Of a DNA stretch of 64,000 bases, positions 40,460 to 54,769 are shown piece after piece. The first letter of the stretch is position 1. Each line of letters begins with the position of its first letter. The translations under genes and the position numbers were made by a program. This DNA comes from Mobula hypostoma. Lineage: Eukaryota. Location of the stretch: the NCBI RefSeq assembly GCF_963921235.1, contig NC_086108.1, positions 34,784,001 through 34,848,000 of the forward strand. The letters are read 5' to 3'. Under the pieces are notes generated by a model, which was given only the letters and a program-made list of their open reading frames with translations, was not told the DNA's origin and ran no database searches.

Positions 40460-40893
40460 GTAACCTTAAAAACACTTTCTCAGGCACTCAGCACTTCCCA
40501 TGCGGGGACTGGCTGTGTTGATTCCCGGATCCATAGAAACCGCATTCCCCTTGGGAGAGCAGTTCTGGTGATAATCCCTTTTTAAATGCTTTTGCTGCCA
40601 TTTCCTAGGGGTCTATTTTCTTCTTCTCATTGACAAGATGACAAGCACATCTAATCAAGTTAATTTGCAATATCTTGAGAGCTGCTGATGCTTAGTTATA
40701 ATGTATATCTCTTGATAGCTACCCTTGTATTTATCCTAGGAGTCCGGGCAAAGGAGTTGTTTACCACAGCTTCAGAGGCAAATGAGTTTCCCTGTACCTT
40801 TGCAAAGGCTGCATGGGAGGTGCTGTCATCTGCCAGAACTGTCTGATTAGGACAAAGATCACCAAGGATCTAATCTGATCATTGTGGTGTTGA

Positions 40894-40897
<4 letters not shown>

Positions 40898-40946
<49 letters not shown>
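40898..40946. repeat. (TG)n microsatellite, about 24 units
   Basis: Uninterrupted dinucleotide run. Confidence 0.99.
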
Positions 40947-40947
<1 letters not shown>

Positions 40948-41834
40948 TAGTAGATGAAGACTTTGCTGTAGTAATGAGGTCAAACTGTACCTGCCCTTGA
41001 ATTTCTAATTAGCTATACATTAACGCTAATTGGAAAATCTGGGCTCCAGTGACTAATACTGGAGAATCAATGATTCTGGTGGGGCAGAGAGGGCTGCCAG
41101 CTTCAACAAATCCAGCATGTAAGTACCTATCACCACATCAAGGCAGAGAGAGAATGTTAGGAGAAAGTCCCGTCCATGCTCTGACATTAAATGTTCCATA
41201 TCCCAGACAGTGCAGCTCTCAATTTTGAGAACACATTTTAATTGCATTTAACTGTCTCTGAGGGAAGAAAAGAGTAATTGGAGTTGATGTAAATAGCAGT
41301 GCACAGCTGAATCTCCAATATCAGTAGAACAATGTTACTGAGTGGTCCTGTGCTGGAGTCGCAGTTCACTTTATGGCTGAGGGAGATTCAAATGCATCAT
41401 CAGAATCCTGATCGAGATTAACTCTCACTTCCTGAAGAGTTTTAAATTATTTTCCCATTTTCAGTTCTACTTTGTCTGCTTTTCATTTATTATGGAAGAA
41501 GGCCGTTCAGTCCTCATGCCTATTAGATGTTGGCCCTGTTTCTCTGCTCTTTAGCTTTGTGGAAGCACAGACATCTACAATGCAGGGAGAAGGCTGTTGG
41601 CTTTGAGTGTCTATGGCTCTGAAAAGGTTGGGGGGTGGTGAAGTTTGATCCAATGTCACCAGCTTTCTGTCTCTAGCCTTACGTTTACAGCACATCCAAG
41701 TACATTTTAAAAGCTCCGAAGGTAGGTACCTCAGGCAAGAAGCTTCAGAAACTTTGTATGCATTGAAGAACATTTCTCCTTCAAGGCCACTTGAATCATG
41801 CTGCCATTTTCTTCAAATTATGCTCTCAGATAAT

Positions 41835-42235
41835 TGTTCAAATTTCACAGTAAATTTATTATCGCAGTACATATATGTCACCATATATATACAACACTGA
41901 GATTCATTTTCTTGCGGGCATACTCAATAAATCCTGAATAGAATAATAAGCAAAATAAGATCAATGAAAGACTGCACCAATTCGGGCGTTCAACCAGACA
42001 ACAGGGTGTGCAAAAGGCAGCAAACAGTGTAAATACAAAAAGGAGGAACTAATAATAATAAATAAGCAATAAATATCAAGAACATGAGATGAAGAGTCCT
42101 TGAAAGTGAGTCCATAGGTTGAGGGAACATTTCAATGATGGGGCAAGGAAAGTGAAGTTTGGTTCAAGAGCCTGATGATCGAGGGGTAATAACTGTCCCT
42201 GAGCTTGGTGGTGTAAGTCCTAAGGCTCCTGTCCT
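41835..42235 (-). mobile_element. LINE 3' end (Rex-Babar-like), same family as 52155-52710
   Basis: Shares GTAAATTTATTATC..AGTACATATATGTCACCATAT...GGTTCAAGAGCCTGATG with the copy at 52.2 kb. Confidence 0.7.
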
Positions 42236-42481
42236 CGTAGCGATAGACAATGTTTCCTTCCAATATCTACCTTGTCTTGGTTTCTAATCTTAAACGCCAC
42301 AATTAAATCCTCTGTCAGCATTATCAGTCTGAAAGGAAACAACTCCATTTCGGCTGTTCTCTTTTCATAATTAAAGCGCCTCAGCTTTGTCAGATGCCAC
42401 GTACCACTCTCCAGAGTTATCCCACATTTCTAATCATAATGCCATTTTTACTCCCAAGTCATTGACCCCCTTTGAGGAACT

Positions 42482-42791
42482 TGTGACGAGAGTCCTTGAC
42501 AAGGATGACATGGACCCAAATGCTGGAGTATTCAAGGCTGGGATCATGACACACTCTCAAACAGAATTGAGAAACTGAGCACAAAACTAATGCTAGACAA
42601 AATCCCTGGTGGGCTTACGATTGAGAGCTGAGCGTATGTTCAGGTGTTCCTTAAATACTCAACCCTTGGCACCCAAAACATGATTATCAATTAGCAGGAA
42701 CATCCTAAGCCCTTAAAGAGGCAGCACCAGCTACCTGTACCTCAGAGAGTTAGAAAATTTAAGTCTCAGAAGTTGAGAGTATCTCATAACA
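42482..42791 (-). repeat. 3' LTR of the Gypsy element
   Basis: TGTTATGAG...CTCGTCACA ends (TG..CA, imperfect inverted repeat), preceded by polypurine tract AGGGGAGAGGGTCC at 42792-42805. Confidence 0.85.
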
Positions 42792-45700
42792 GGACCCTCT
42801 CCCTACATCTGACTCCTGGTGGCCTTGGCTACTCAGAGAGGTGGTGATTGTAATCGTGGATGTGAGTCAGATCCAGAATGTCTCTTTCCTGCACCCAGCA
42901 CCTTTCCTCCAGTTCAAATCCTTCCCAGTCCACAAGGAATTGCCAAAAACCTCAAACAGTACATCAGCCCAAAAGACTTTTCATCATGAAGACCTGTTCC
43001 CTATCGATAAACCTGGAGGGCCAGTGGGGCCAACTGGTGTGGGGCTTTGGGGCTGGTGCAGGAAGTTTTAATTTAGAGATGTGGATGGTGGAGTTGGTCT
43101 TTAGGGTCTTGGGGAGCTGCGAGTTGCAAGCCATCAGGTTTACCTTCTTTAGGATCTTAAAGGACCCAATGAACTTGGGCGTCAACCTTCAAGATTCCAC
43201 TCGGAGAGGCAAACCATGAGTGGCCAGCCAGACCTGATGCCCAGGCTGTAACACAGGTCCCAGACTTCTCCTTTAGTTTGCCTTGGTCTCCACTCTCTGG
43301 GTAGAAGCCAGAAAAATCTCTCTTGCCCTCATCCATTTGTGCTTGCAGCATTGGATGAGCTTTTCAGCCACAGGGTCCCCAACATCGGCCTCCTGTTCCG
43401 GAAAGAGAGGTGGAGGATAACCAAACTGGCACTCGAATGATGACATCCCATGTGATGACTACTGTAAAGTGTTGTGGGCGAACTCTGCCCACATCAAGTG
43501 GTCTCACCACTCACCAGGTCTTTTTGAGGTCAGGCATCTTAGGGTACGTTCTAAGTCTTGGTTGGTCTACTCTATCTGGCCATTGGATTGCGGGTGAAAC
43601 CCAGAAGAAAAGCTTGCTGTTTCCCCTATCAGTTTCCAGAAATGTGATGAGAATGTGAACCTTGATGTGAGACCATGTCCACCAGGAATCTGTGGACCCT
43701 GAAGACCTGGTCCAGGCCAATCTCAGCTGCTTCCACCACAGAAGGTAGCTTCTCCAAGGCAATGAACTTGCAGGCTTTCAAAAACCAATTGACGATCACC
43801 ATGATGACCAACTTCCCCTTGGATGGCAGGAGACCGGAGACAAATTTCAATGAGCTGTATGCCCAATGTCTTTGCAGAATGGGTAGGGGGTGGAGAAGCC
43901 CTTGAGGTTGGCTCTGTGGTTTCTTGTTCTGGGCACACAACTCATATGCCTGCGTGTATTGCTGAACTTCTCTCATCCTTCTGGGCCATCAATACCTTCT
44001 CTTGATAAACTCGAGGGTCCTGGCAATCCCTGGGTGTGTGGTCATTCTTGACGAATGTCCCCATTGCAGTACCTGGGACCGGATGGAACTTGGGACGAAC
44101 AGCTGACCTGGAGGACCGTTCTCAGGAATCTCCCCTTCTGCTTGGGTCTTGTGAACAAGAGCGTTGACTCCCCAGTGAATTTGTGCTACCACCCCGGCTT
44201 GGGGCAAAATAATGGTAGGCTGCTCCTCTGATTCCAGTTTGTCAAACTTAGACCCCTGTTGATAGGTAAGGATGAAACTAATCTGGTTAAAAAGCAAAGA
44301 CCACCTGGCCTGCCTGGAATTCAGCCTCTTGGCTTCCTGAATATAGACCAGATTCTTAGAGTAAGTCCAAATGATAAAAGGGATCTTGGCCCCCTCCAGC
44401 CAGTGATGCCATTCCTTCAAAGCTAACTTAACCACAAGAAGCTCCTGATTCCTGATGTCATAGTTCCTCTCTGCCAGGGATAGCCACCTGGAGAAGAATG
44501 TTCACAGGTGCAGTTTACTTTGTGAAGGTGATCGTTGAGACAAGGAGCATCTACTCCAATGTCTAAGGTGTCCACTTCCACGATGAAGGGAAGGTCAGGG
44601 TTAGGAGAAAGGAAGTTGGGAGCTGTAGTAAACCTCTGTTTCAGCTCTGCAAAAGCAGCGTCTGCTTCAGTAGTCCAGACAAAAGGGCCTGTGGATTTCT
44701 TAGCTAGGGCTGTCAGCAGATCCGGTAAAAGTTAGCAAACCCCATGAACCGCTGGACCTGTTTGATATTGGATGATGGTGGCCAGTCTCTGACTGGCTGG
44801 GTCTTGGTAGGGTTCATCTCAAGATTACCATTAGAGATGTCAAAACCCAGAAATGAAACAGTCATTACATGAAACTCAGACTTCTCCAACTTGACATAAA
44901 GCTCATGGTCTATTAGCCTCTTTAAAATGCCCCTGGTGCGAGCGACATGCTCCTCCATGGACTTTGAGAGGATTAGGATATCATCATAGACAAAGACATA
45001 ACCCATGGAGCGTATCCTGGAGCATGTCATTTATAAAGGCTTGGCAAATGGCTGGAGTGTTTGCAAGTGCCCTGGTACTTGTAGAGCCCTGTCAGTGTAT
45101 TGAATGCCGTCTTCCACTCATCGCCCTTCCTGATACAGACAGATTGTAGGCACGCCAGAGGTCTAATTTTGTGAATACCCTCGCCCCGCTGAAGCATCTC
45201 GAAAGCCGTACTCATAAGAGGAAGGAGCTAGCGATTGGTTGTTATGCGTTTTAATCCCCTGTAATCACAGGCTCCCATCTTTCTTTTGTACAAAGAAGAA
45301 ACTGCACCGCAGGTGAAGTGGAGGGCCAAATGAAGTCTGTGGCAAGAGCTTCCTTTATATGCTCCTCCGTGGCGCTTCACTCTGGGCCTGAGAGCGCATA
45401 TCCTGTGGAGGACAGGTACCGGGCAACAGGTCTATGGCACAGTCGTATGGTCAGTACAGTGGAGGAGTTGAGGCCTTTCCCTTGCTGAAGACCTCCTCCA
45501 AGCCCTTGTAAATGGAAGGGATTTTGACCTGTTTGGGTGGTGCTATCTCCTCTGGACCTTCCTTTGAGGACGACTCCTGAGACCTCTTTGGTGACAGGGA
45601 TGATTTGACGGGCTTCAAAATCCTCTCTCTGGGCTGCCTAAGTTCATCCATGGAAACGATGGCTAAATCAGAGTCCGACTCCCCGTCTGTATCCACAGGC

Positions 45701-46625
45701 AAAGGCAGCGAGGCATTACGGAGGGATCTTGCATCCTAGGCTTCAAGGATCAGCATGAAGGAGTCTTTCCTCTCCTTGAGTCCTGGCGGCTGGTTCCCTT
45801 CAGCTTAGTGGCAAGTCTCCCAGACTGCTCGGACATCTCCTGACCTAGAAATTCCCTCTCTCTAGTTCCTGTGGGATTCTGATTAGACTGTTTCGGGACT
45901 CGCACTCTCCCGTTGACCAGAACCAGCTGGTTTGCTCGTGAGGACTGGACTGGGTCTCAGTACACTGAATCCTGCCCCCTTTTAGGTCGTTGGTCACTAG
46001 AGAGTCTGGGTGTCGGAGCACTATGGCGTAAACAAAGCCTCTTACAATGACTGAACCGAGCAGTGACTCTCCCCTCTCTCCAGTCCATGGATGGGTTATG
46101 CTGGGATAGTCAAGGGTACTCAAGGATCAGGGGTATGAGTGGAGAGTCAGTGATGTAGAAACTAATGTCTTCTACATGATCCCCTATCCTCATCTGCAAA
46201 ACCACAATTTGTTCCTGGATCTGTCCGGAACCTAGCGGTCAGCTGTCCAAAGCAGTTGCAAGCAAGGACTGGCTATGATATGTCAAACTGGCTTCTAAAT
46301 CCAGAAACTTACCCGCTCCCCCTGACTCCACAAAAGCCTTCAGCTGCCTCAAGTTCTTACCCCAGGTGAACTCCGTCTTCAGCATAAAACTAGAATCCGT
46401 GGGATTGGGGTTAATGGCTGCGACCATCACAGCTCTCCTGACACTGGGCAGTCTTCACAGTTCCCCAGGTGCTGTAGCTTCGGACATTTGACCTGCAGGT
46501 GACCTGTACCCCACAGTCAAAGCAGTAACCTTGACTCCAATGCTGGGTCTCATTGGCAGAGAGTCTAGTGCAACTGACCTGCATTGGTTCGATTGGATCT
46601 TGAGCATCGCCTCTGATCTGGGCCG
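42482..46625 (-). mobile_element. Gypsy LTR retrotransposon (chromovirus, Sushi-like), decayed and lacking its 5' end
   Basis: Minus-strand order: gag knuckle remnant (CFDCG), protease (AFVESGGAGKF), RT (YVFVYDDILI), RNase H (ALKEWHHWLEG), integrase, GPY/F-like segment and chromodomain (QFLVDWEGFELEERCWV). Confidence 0.92.
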
Positions 46626-47460
46626 ACAATTACGTGCCGGGCTGCACCTAATTAATTAGCATGTTTATTTCGGCTTTTTTCTTAAAGATGTGCTGTGTGC
46701 CTCCCGGCTACTGCTGCATTCTCTGCAAATCGGTATCTGTCCGCGGCCTGGGTGTTGGGATGGTGGGACACTGGGGTGTCATCTCATCGTCGTCTGTTTC
46801 CATTAGGGCAGGCAGGTCATCTTCTTCTATCTCTGCCTGCCTCGATGTCGAAGGTCGAGGTTCGTCATCTGCTGCGGCTGATGTGGAAGGCTTGCTTGAC
46901 TGCTGAGCCTCGCGCATTTTTAGATCATACAATTCTTTGTAAGGACTCAAACCATCTTGCAAATATGCCCTAAACTGACGTACCCTTTCAAAATTAAAGT
47001 CGTACTTTATCATTACTCATTCGGTTTTGATTGTTATCCTTTCCTCTTCCAACTGCATCAGCTCTTCGTCTATCAGTTCTTCGTCATGGGATGCCAAAAC
47101 CTCTTCAACATCATCTTTGTCAACTTCCATAGCCAAACTCACTTTGTCCTTACTTCGTTCACCACGATCGAAAGGCTTAATTATGTCTAGTTTTACTCTA
47201 AGTGTAACACCCTTACGAGCTCTTTTAGGCTTTTCCGATACCTTAGAACTCATCTTGCGAACAGATGCTCACAGGCACATGTTTAAGCAATGCTGGCGAG
47301 AATGCCGTTCTAAATCCGGGGGAGGAGCGGCTGCTCGGGACGCGCGCTGCCTTTTTTCGTAACAGTGAAAACACCTGTTAGCGAAAACAGGGAACTAATG
47401 TTGGTCTTTCGTAACAGTGAGGTTTCATAAAGCGAACGTTCGAAAAGCGGGGGACACCTG
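46626..47460 (-). mobile_element. Tigger/pogo-like internally deleted DNA transposon, one TIR only
   Basis: Terminus TA-CAGGTGTCCCCCGCTTTTCGAACG; HTH start KRARKGVTLRVKLDIIK joined to C-terminal DDVEEVLASHDEELIDEEL and YKELY segments; DDE core absent. Confidence 0.85.
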
Positions 47461-47462
47461 TA

Positions 47463-49260
47463 TTATATGTCCTCTTCTTTGGTTTCATGCTGTCTTTGAC
47501 TTCCCTTGTCAGCCATGATTGCCACATTGTCCCTTTAGAATACATCTTCATCTTTAGGATGTATGGGTCCTGCACCTTCTGAGTTGCCTCCAGAAACTCC
47601 AGCCATTGTTGTTTTGCCGTCATCCCTGCTAGAGTCCCCTTACAGTCAATTTTGGCCACCTCCTATTACACCCTTTACTCCACTATAATATTGAGACATC
47701 TGACTTTATCTTCTCCCTCTCAAACTGCAGAATGAATTCTATCACATTATGATCACGGCTTCCTAAGAGTTCCTTTATCTTAAACTCCCTAATCAAGTTT
47801 GGTTCATTACACAACACTCAATCCAGAATTGCTATTCCCTAGTTGGTTCAAGCAGAAGCTGCTCTAAAAAGCCATCTTATAGACATTCTACAATTTCCTT
47901 CCCTTGGGATCCAGCACCAGCCTAATTTTCCCAATCTACCTGCATATTGAAATCCCCCAGGACTATCGTAACATTTCCCTTTTTTCATGCCTTTTCTTTC
48001 ACCCATTGTAATTTGTATCCCACATCCTGGCTACTATTTGGAAGCCTATATACAAGAATTCCCATCAAGGGTCTTTTACCCCGGCCGTTCTTAACTCTAT
48101 CCACAAGGATTGTACATCTTCTGATCCTTTGTTACCTCTTTCAAAGGATTTGATTTCATTTTTTACCAGCAGAGCCACCCCTCACCTTTTGCTTACCTGC
48201 CTGTCCTTTTGATACAATGCATATCCTTGGATGTTAAGCTCTCAACTGTGATCTTCTTTCAGCCATGGCTCAGTGATGCCCACAATGTCATACCTTCCTA
48301 TCTCTAATTGCACTACAAGATCATCTACCTTCTTCCTGCATTCAAATATAACACCTTCAGTCCTGTATTCATCACTCTTTTCAATTTTGCCCTCATGTTA
48401 CACTTCAACTTATCCCACTGACTATAATTTTGACCTATCATCTGCCTGTCTTTCCTCATAGTCTCACTGCACACCTTATCTACTTGTAAACCACTGCCCC
48501 ATTCTCAGCCCTATCATTCCAGTTCCCATTCCCCTGCAATATTCGTTTAAACCCTCCCCAACAGCTCTAGCAAACCTGTTTGCAAGGATATTAGACCCCC
48601 CCCCCCTTGGTTCAGATATAACCCATTCTATTTGTACAGATCATACCTTTCCCAAAAGAAATCGCAATGATGAAAAAGAAGCCATACCCCCTGCATCAAG
48701 TCCTCTGCCACACATTCATCTGTCAGGTCGTCCTACGCTTACCCTCACAGTGCATGGCACAGGCAACAATCCAGAATTACTAACCTGGTGTTCCTGCTTT
48801 TCAGCTTTCTACCTAACACCCTATATTCTTTATTCAGGACCTCCTCCCATTTTCCTACATATGTCATTGCATCACGACTTATGTGTATTCAACTTCTGGC
48901 TAATCCTAGCCCTAGCCCTTTAAAATGCTGTAGGCTTGATTTGAGACATCCCTGACCCCGGCACCTCAGAGGCAAAATACCATCCGGATGTCTTTATCAC
49001 ATTCACAGAATCTCCTGTCTGTTCCCCTAACTATGGAATCGCCTGTCAGTACCTTACTCCTCTCCTGCCTCCTTTTCTTCTGAGCCACAGAGCCAGTGGC
49101 AGTGCCAGAGACCTTCTCACTGTGGCTTCTCCTTGGTAGCTTGTCACCCAACAGTATCCAAAGTGGTAACTTATTATTGAGGGGGAACAGCACAGGGATA
49201 CTCTGCAATCACTACCCTTTCCCTTTCCCTCTCCTGACAGTCACCCAGGTACCTACCTGC
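47463..49260 (-). mobile_element. 5' part of a CR1 LINE (ORF1 esterase and APE region)
   Basis: VLTGDSIVRGTDRRFC (SGNH/GDS motif typical of CR1 ORF1), followed by decayed endonuclease sequence and WLTREVK. Confidence 0.8.
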
Positions 49261-49969
49261 TGGTACTGAGTTGGGAAAGTGGGACAGTGGTCAAGGAATG
49301 GGAATGGATCACAGATATTATTGCTCAGTACAAGCTCTGAATCTCTATGCTGAAAAATCTACTAACTTACTGAAGTAAGAAATCTTATACTGCATTTTCA
49401 CAATCTCTGAAGCGCCAAACTCACAGACACATGTAGACACGTAGTATATTTGGCCTGGGGAAAGATTACTCCAGTAGGTACGCTGATAATGTAACCCTGT
49501 TGCCTCATCTGTGATAGTTTACACTTTTGCAAACAATGGATCAAAGTTTTACATGCTGTATTAATGCAAGTACTGAGTCTGATCATCTGACTGAAATTGT
49601 ACTCTTTGGTTTAAGGAGGATCACTAGTTTGACTTACCACGGATCAGTTACCACTTGTCACAAAGCCAAGTATGCAGTCAGGTGCTAGTTTGCAAATCAT
49701 AAAAACTGCAATGCTGGAAATCTGAAATAAAAGCAAAAAATCTGGATGAAGTTCCAAATGGACAGCAAGTCTCGGGCGAAAGGTTGCAGACATAAACCAT
49801 TTGCACAACTGCTGCCTGACCAGACCTGCTGATTTTTCCAGCATTTTCTGGTTTTTGCTTGTTACAATTTGGGATTGCTCACGTCTTCAAAGACTCTCTC
49901 AATGTAATCATAAATTTTCCTCCCATACTCTCCACAGTTGTGTTGCAGGGATGTCATCTGTATAAAATG

Positions 49970-50835
49970 TATGATATAGCACAGGAACAGGCCACTCAGC
50001 CCAACATATTTGTGCTGACCATGATGCCAAATTAAACTACCCCATCTGCATGCACATGGACCATATCTTTCTACCCCGTTCCTTTACATGCACCCTGTGT
50101 AAATGCATCTTAAGCATTGATATCACATCATTCCCTGTGTATGAAAAAATTGCCTCACACACTTACTTTGAACTTTCTCCCTCTCATCCTAAACCTTGAC
50201 ATTTACACGCTAGGGGCAAAAAAAGTCCTGAATATCTACCCTTTCTCTGCCACTCATAATGTTATACACTTAAATTAGGTCATACCACAACCTTTGACGT
50301 CCCAGAGGAAACAATCCAAATTTATTCAACCTCTCAATATAGCTAATACTCTCTAATCCAGACAACATGCTGGTAAACCCCTTCTTCACTCTCTCCAAAG
50401 CCCTATATCCTTCCTATAGTGCAATGACCAGAACTTCCAAATGTGGCCAAGCCAAAGTTTATATTGCTGCCACATGGCTTCCCAACTTTTATACTCAGTG
50501 GCCTGGATGATGGGGGCACGTGTGCTGTTCACCTTCTTTATTGCCCTATTCTCTTCTGTTATTCTTCTATTTCTAGGGTGCTATGTATGTGCACCCCAAG
50601 GTCCATCTATTGGGTCCTGCTATTTACAGTATACTTTTGTAATGCAAAACTGATTAAACTCTGTCTGCCATGTCCATGTTTAAAACTAATCTACTTGTAT
50701 CTTTTGACAACCTTCCTCACTGTCCGTAATACCATCAATGTTTTTGTTTTCTGCAAGCTTACCGATCAGACCACATACATTTTCATTCAAATCATTAATG
50801 TTACAAAAAACAGATATCCCACCACTGATCCTTGA
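49970..50835 (-). mobile_element. Old CR1-like 3' fragment
   Basis: Similarity to other CR1 3' ends in the window (TAATCCAG.CAACAT.CTGGTAAA; ACAGGCC..TCAGCCCA). Confidence 0.65.
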
Positions 50836-50854
50836 TCAGTGATAGCAGTTGATG

Positions 50855-51665
50855 TGAAAAGGATTCTGCATAAAGTTGCCGGCCCAGGTAACATCCCAGG
50901 CTGAGTACTCCAGGAGTGTGCACTTCAGCTCACCGACATCTTCACAATTCACTTATCGAAGATTCTGTACCCACTTTCTTCAAATCAGCTACCATTATCC
51001 CTGTACCAAAGAAGTCTCCAGCTTCAGGACTAAATAACTACCGCCCGGTGGCAGTGATGCCAATAATTCATGAAATACTTTGAGAGTTAATGAATGGCCC
51101 ATTTCAACAACTCTATTCCTACACACCGGACACTCACCAATATGCCTACTGACAGAACTGCTCCATGACAGATACCATAGTGTCTGTCATGCACCTGGCC
51201 CTGATACACCAAGAAAGCAAGGTCACTTGTGTCTGTTCACAGTGTTGGTATACTACTGCACTACCAGATCCAGCTCAAAACGCACCATCTTGACGATACT
51301 ACAATGGTTGGCCTCGTCAGCAGCAATGATGAGCCAGCATACAGAGAGGAGGTAGGGAGGTTTGTCAAATGGTCTGAAAACAACAACCTGAGTCTCAACA
51401 TGGACAAGACAAAATAGATTATTATGGTCTTCAGGAAGATGGCCTCTTTCCATTTCACATCAATGGCCCTGTCGCGGAGAGAGTGAAAAGCACTGAGTTC
51501 CTTGGTGTGCACAAAACGGGCGATCTAACCTGGACCCACAACACCTCCTCATTAGTCAAGAGGGCACAGCAGCATCTACACTTTCTGATGAGAATGAAGT
51601 GTGCAAGGCTCCCTGCCTCCATTCTAACAGCATTCTACAGGAGCGCCATCAAGAATGTCTTGTCT
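50855..51665 (+). mobile_element. Old Rex-Babar-like RT fragment
   Basis: [37 protein letters not shown]. Confidence 0.75.
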
Positions 51666-52154
51666 TGTGTTTGTTATTCACAAGTTAACAAGTTGTATGC
51701 ATAAGCATCTCATTGAATTAGTGTTGATTTCCTGCAGGATTTCTTCAAGTGTGTGCGAGTGTGCATAAGCTTGCATGCTTCATTTTTGTGTATTTGGGAC
51801 CGTTCATATGTATTTGTGTGTGTATGCACGTGCTTGGATGTGGGGTGGTTATATGCCTGTGGCGAGGGTGTGGGTGTCTGTACATATGAGAGTCACTTCA
51901 CAGCTTTCACACTGTTTTCATTTTTCTCCTGTCTTCAGTCAAGGTTGGGTGGGGGTTTGGCAACCGGAACATCAAGTCACTGCTGGACAGTGCTTGGCTT
52001 GTTCTGTAAGTGTTACATTTTTTTAGCAGCTTCTGATATATCGAACTGTAACTGCATACTCAGAAATGTTACCTGATCACAGCCTTCAGTCATGTTGTCA
52101 CTTTCAACAGGAGTGATATCAGAGGTGACTGAAGCCACCCTTTCAGTTCCTTAC

Positions 52155-52710
52155 TTTCAAAGTTCAAAGTAAATTTTATTGTCAAAGTACATTTACTTTG
52201 ATATTGATATATACATATGTCACCATATACAATACTGAGTTTTTTTGTGGGCATACTCAGCAAACTATAGAATAGTAACTATAATAGGATCAATGAAAGA
52301 TCAGCCAGAGTGCAGAGCCAACAAATTGTGCGCATGCAAATTAAATAAAAAGCAATAAATAATGATGACATGAGATGAAGAGGCCTTGAAGGTGAGTTCA
52401 TTGGTTGTGGCAATATTTCAGTGATGGAGCAAGTGAAGTCAAGTGTGGTAATCCCCTTTTGTTCAAGAGCCTGATGGCTGAGGGGTAGTAACTGCTCTTG
52501 TACTGTCTAGCTGATGGCAATGGCGAGAAGAGAGCATGACCCTGGTGACGGATGCTGCTTTCCTACAACAGTGTTTCATATGGATGTGTTCAATGGTTAG
52601 GAGTGCTTTAGCCATGAAGTACTGGGCTGAATTCACTGCTTTTTGTGGGATTTTCTGTTCAAAGGCATTGGAGTTTCCATACCAGGCTGTGATGCAGCCA
52701 GTCCTACAGA
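52155..52710 (-). mobile_element. Rex-Babar-like LINE 3' fragment
   Basis: GCITAWYGNS...KAVNSAQY motif; short (ACTTTGA)n tail. Confidence 0.75.
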
Positions 52711-54769
52711 GCCCTGAAAAAAAAATCAGCAGTTTAATTAAGTAAGATGAATGTTGTACGGTGAGTACAGTATGTGGTTGGAACATCATCTTCATACTCT
52801 ACAGTTAGAGGTATTGGGATTCGGTTAGTGGTTTGGAAGGAAGATTTTGATTGATGTTGACATTTTGCGCAGAGGTTGTGGAAACATTAAATGGCTGAGA
52901 AGGATTGAAAACCTGTCTGTTTGGAAAGTAGCAGGTGAAATTTGCAGAGTTTCACAACATGCTGCTCCCAGCAAGTAGCAAAGTAGAAGGAACAGTTACT
53001 GTGCAGTGTTGCCCTGAGCCAGTACACCCTACAGCTAAGCAACCACGAAGATCAAAAGTTACACATTGTTCTTCAAAAAATTAATCTGATATTTCATAAA
53101 ACTCAGTGCCAGAAAGACAAGGCAAGAATGGTTGAGGGAAGTTAGTAGTTATGATTCAAGGTTTGTGTAATACTTTGGCCCACCCAGGTTTTGAAGCAAA
53201 TAATCTTCTGCCTCTTATGCCTTATCTAACTTGTTATGAAATTCATTGAGTGTTTTTTTATATGTCAAATGCCTTTCAGAGAAAGCCTTCCTTTTTCAAT
53301 AGGTTGTTCTCGGCATCAAAAATCCACAGTGACTGGAGGCATTTTTGAATTACCTTGAATCCTGCAATCTTTCAAGAAATTAAGGCTGACTTTATTCAGA
53401 CTGTGTCTTCTTTTCGTTGTAATTGTTGACAGTTTCCCACAGTCATCTATTTCCCTCACGCCAGTGAAAATGTTTTCAGTGACTGAAGTTGAAAACATGC
53501 ACTGCCTGGGCTGTAACAATTGCCACAACTCATAAACCTAGATTAAGCAATTGGCACTTTTGAGACCTTTCTGTAGCTGGTTCCCTGGTGTGCACTTCTC
53601 TGGTCTTTGGTTGCTATTGTATGTTCTGTTAACAGCACGGAAAGGAGGGAGAAAGCATAGAACAGTAAGGAAGGCCAGGAGTTCATAGGTTGTGTTTCCC
53701 AAGTCCACTGAGCCCCACACATTCTGGCAAATAATGGCTGCGTGAAGGTCCAAGTGGGACATGGGATTGTCCTGACTTACATTTCCCACAGCCCCAAGGA
53801 TTTCCCTTGAGCTTGAACCATTGAAAGGTTTGATAGGCTTAGTGTCATGCTTCTACTTTACTTCAACATTCCATTTCTTTTTCTTACGATTACTTGTCTT
53901 AAATTTTGGGAACTGGCATGAATTCTGCTATTTGCTTTTTTTTTGTTGCTGCTCAGCATGTTGGTCTAGTGATTAACACGTGGTTTTGTGGTGTAATTTC
54001 AATGTGCATTCAACTGTGTCATCCATTTGCAATGATGCACTTTGCTGATGCTATAGAAGGATAGGATAAAGACTATTGGCTGGAAATTTGATTGTGTGAT
54101 TCAGTATTCTACTCAATGTTATACAATTCTAAATTCTGAGTTATCTTGGGTGACAGATAATAACAACTGTTGTAAGGTAGTTTTGAGTCATTTGGAAATA
54201 GGATACTTCCCATCACCAGGCATCCTCCAGACTCTGATGTTGGTTACGTGCCTTGGCATGACTGGTAAAATAATTCCCATTGGAATGATTCTCCTTTTGG
54301 GAAGTTACAGTGAAAATTGAATGGAATTGCCAGGGAATGCCTGCCACTGGGTGTGATATGGTCTTTTAATACTGCCAAACCAGCCCATCTCAGTAATTCC
54401 TTGCTCCCCATCACCCATCCCAAGCCTGCATTGAAAGCTCAACATCAGATTGCCACCTCTTTTACCTGCTGGTCAAAATTTGTCCCACCCTCCCCTGTCG
54501 AACCTACAGCCAGAATCCACCTCCCTACACCCTAGAGCTCTTGGCTTGCTGGCCCTCTCCAGTTTTCATTGAAAATGTTCAGTGCTCTCCGCAGGGAGTA
54601 ATGGACAGTTGGTGGACAGCCCTATCAATACATATATACATGAAGACAGCAAGTATTCATGCTGGTTGGAAATGAACAAGGACAGCTTCATTAGGAAAAA
54701 GCCAGCTTCTAAAGATATAAAGCAGAATAGAAAATATCAGGATTTAAAATTTCCATTATTTCCCTCCTC

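Noticed and set aside
46708..47253. Domesticated TIGD/CENP-B-like gene
   Set aside because: The catalytic core is deleted, the frame is broken, and a TIR with TA target is adjacent.
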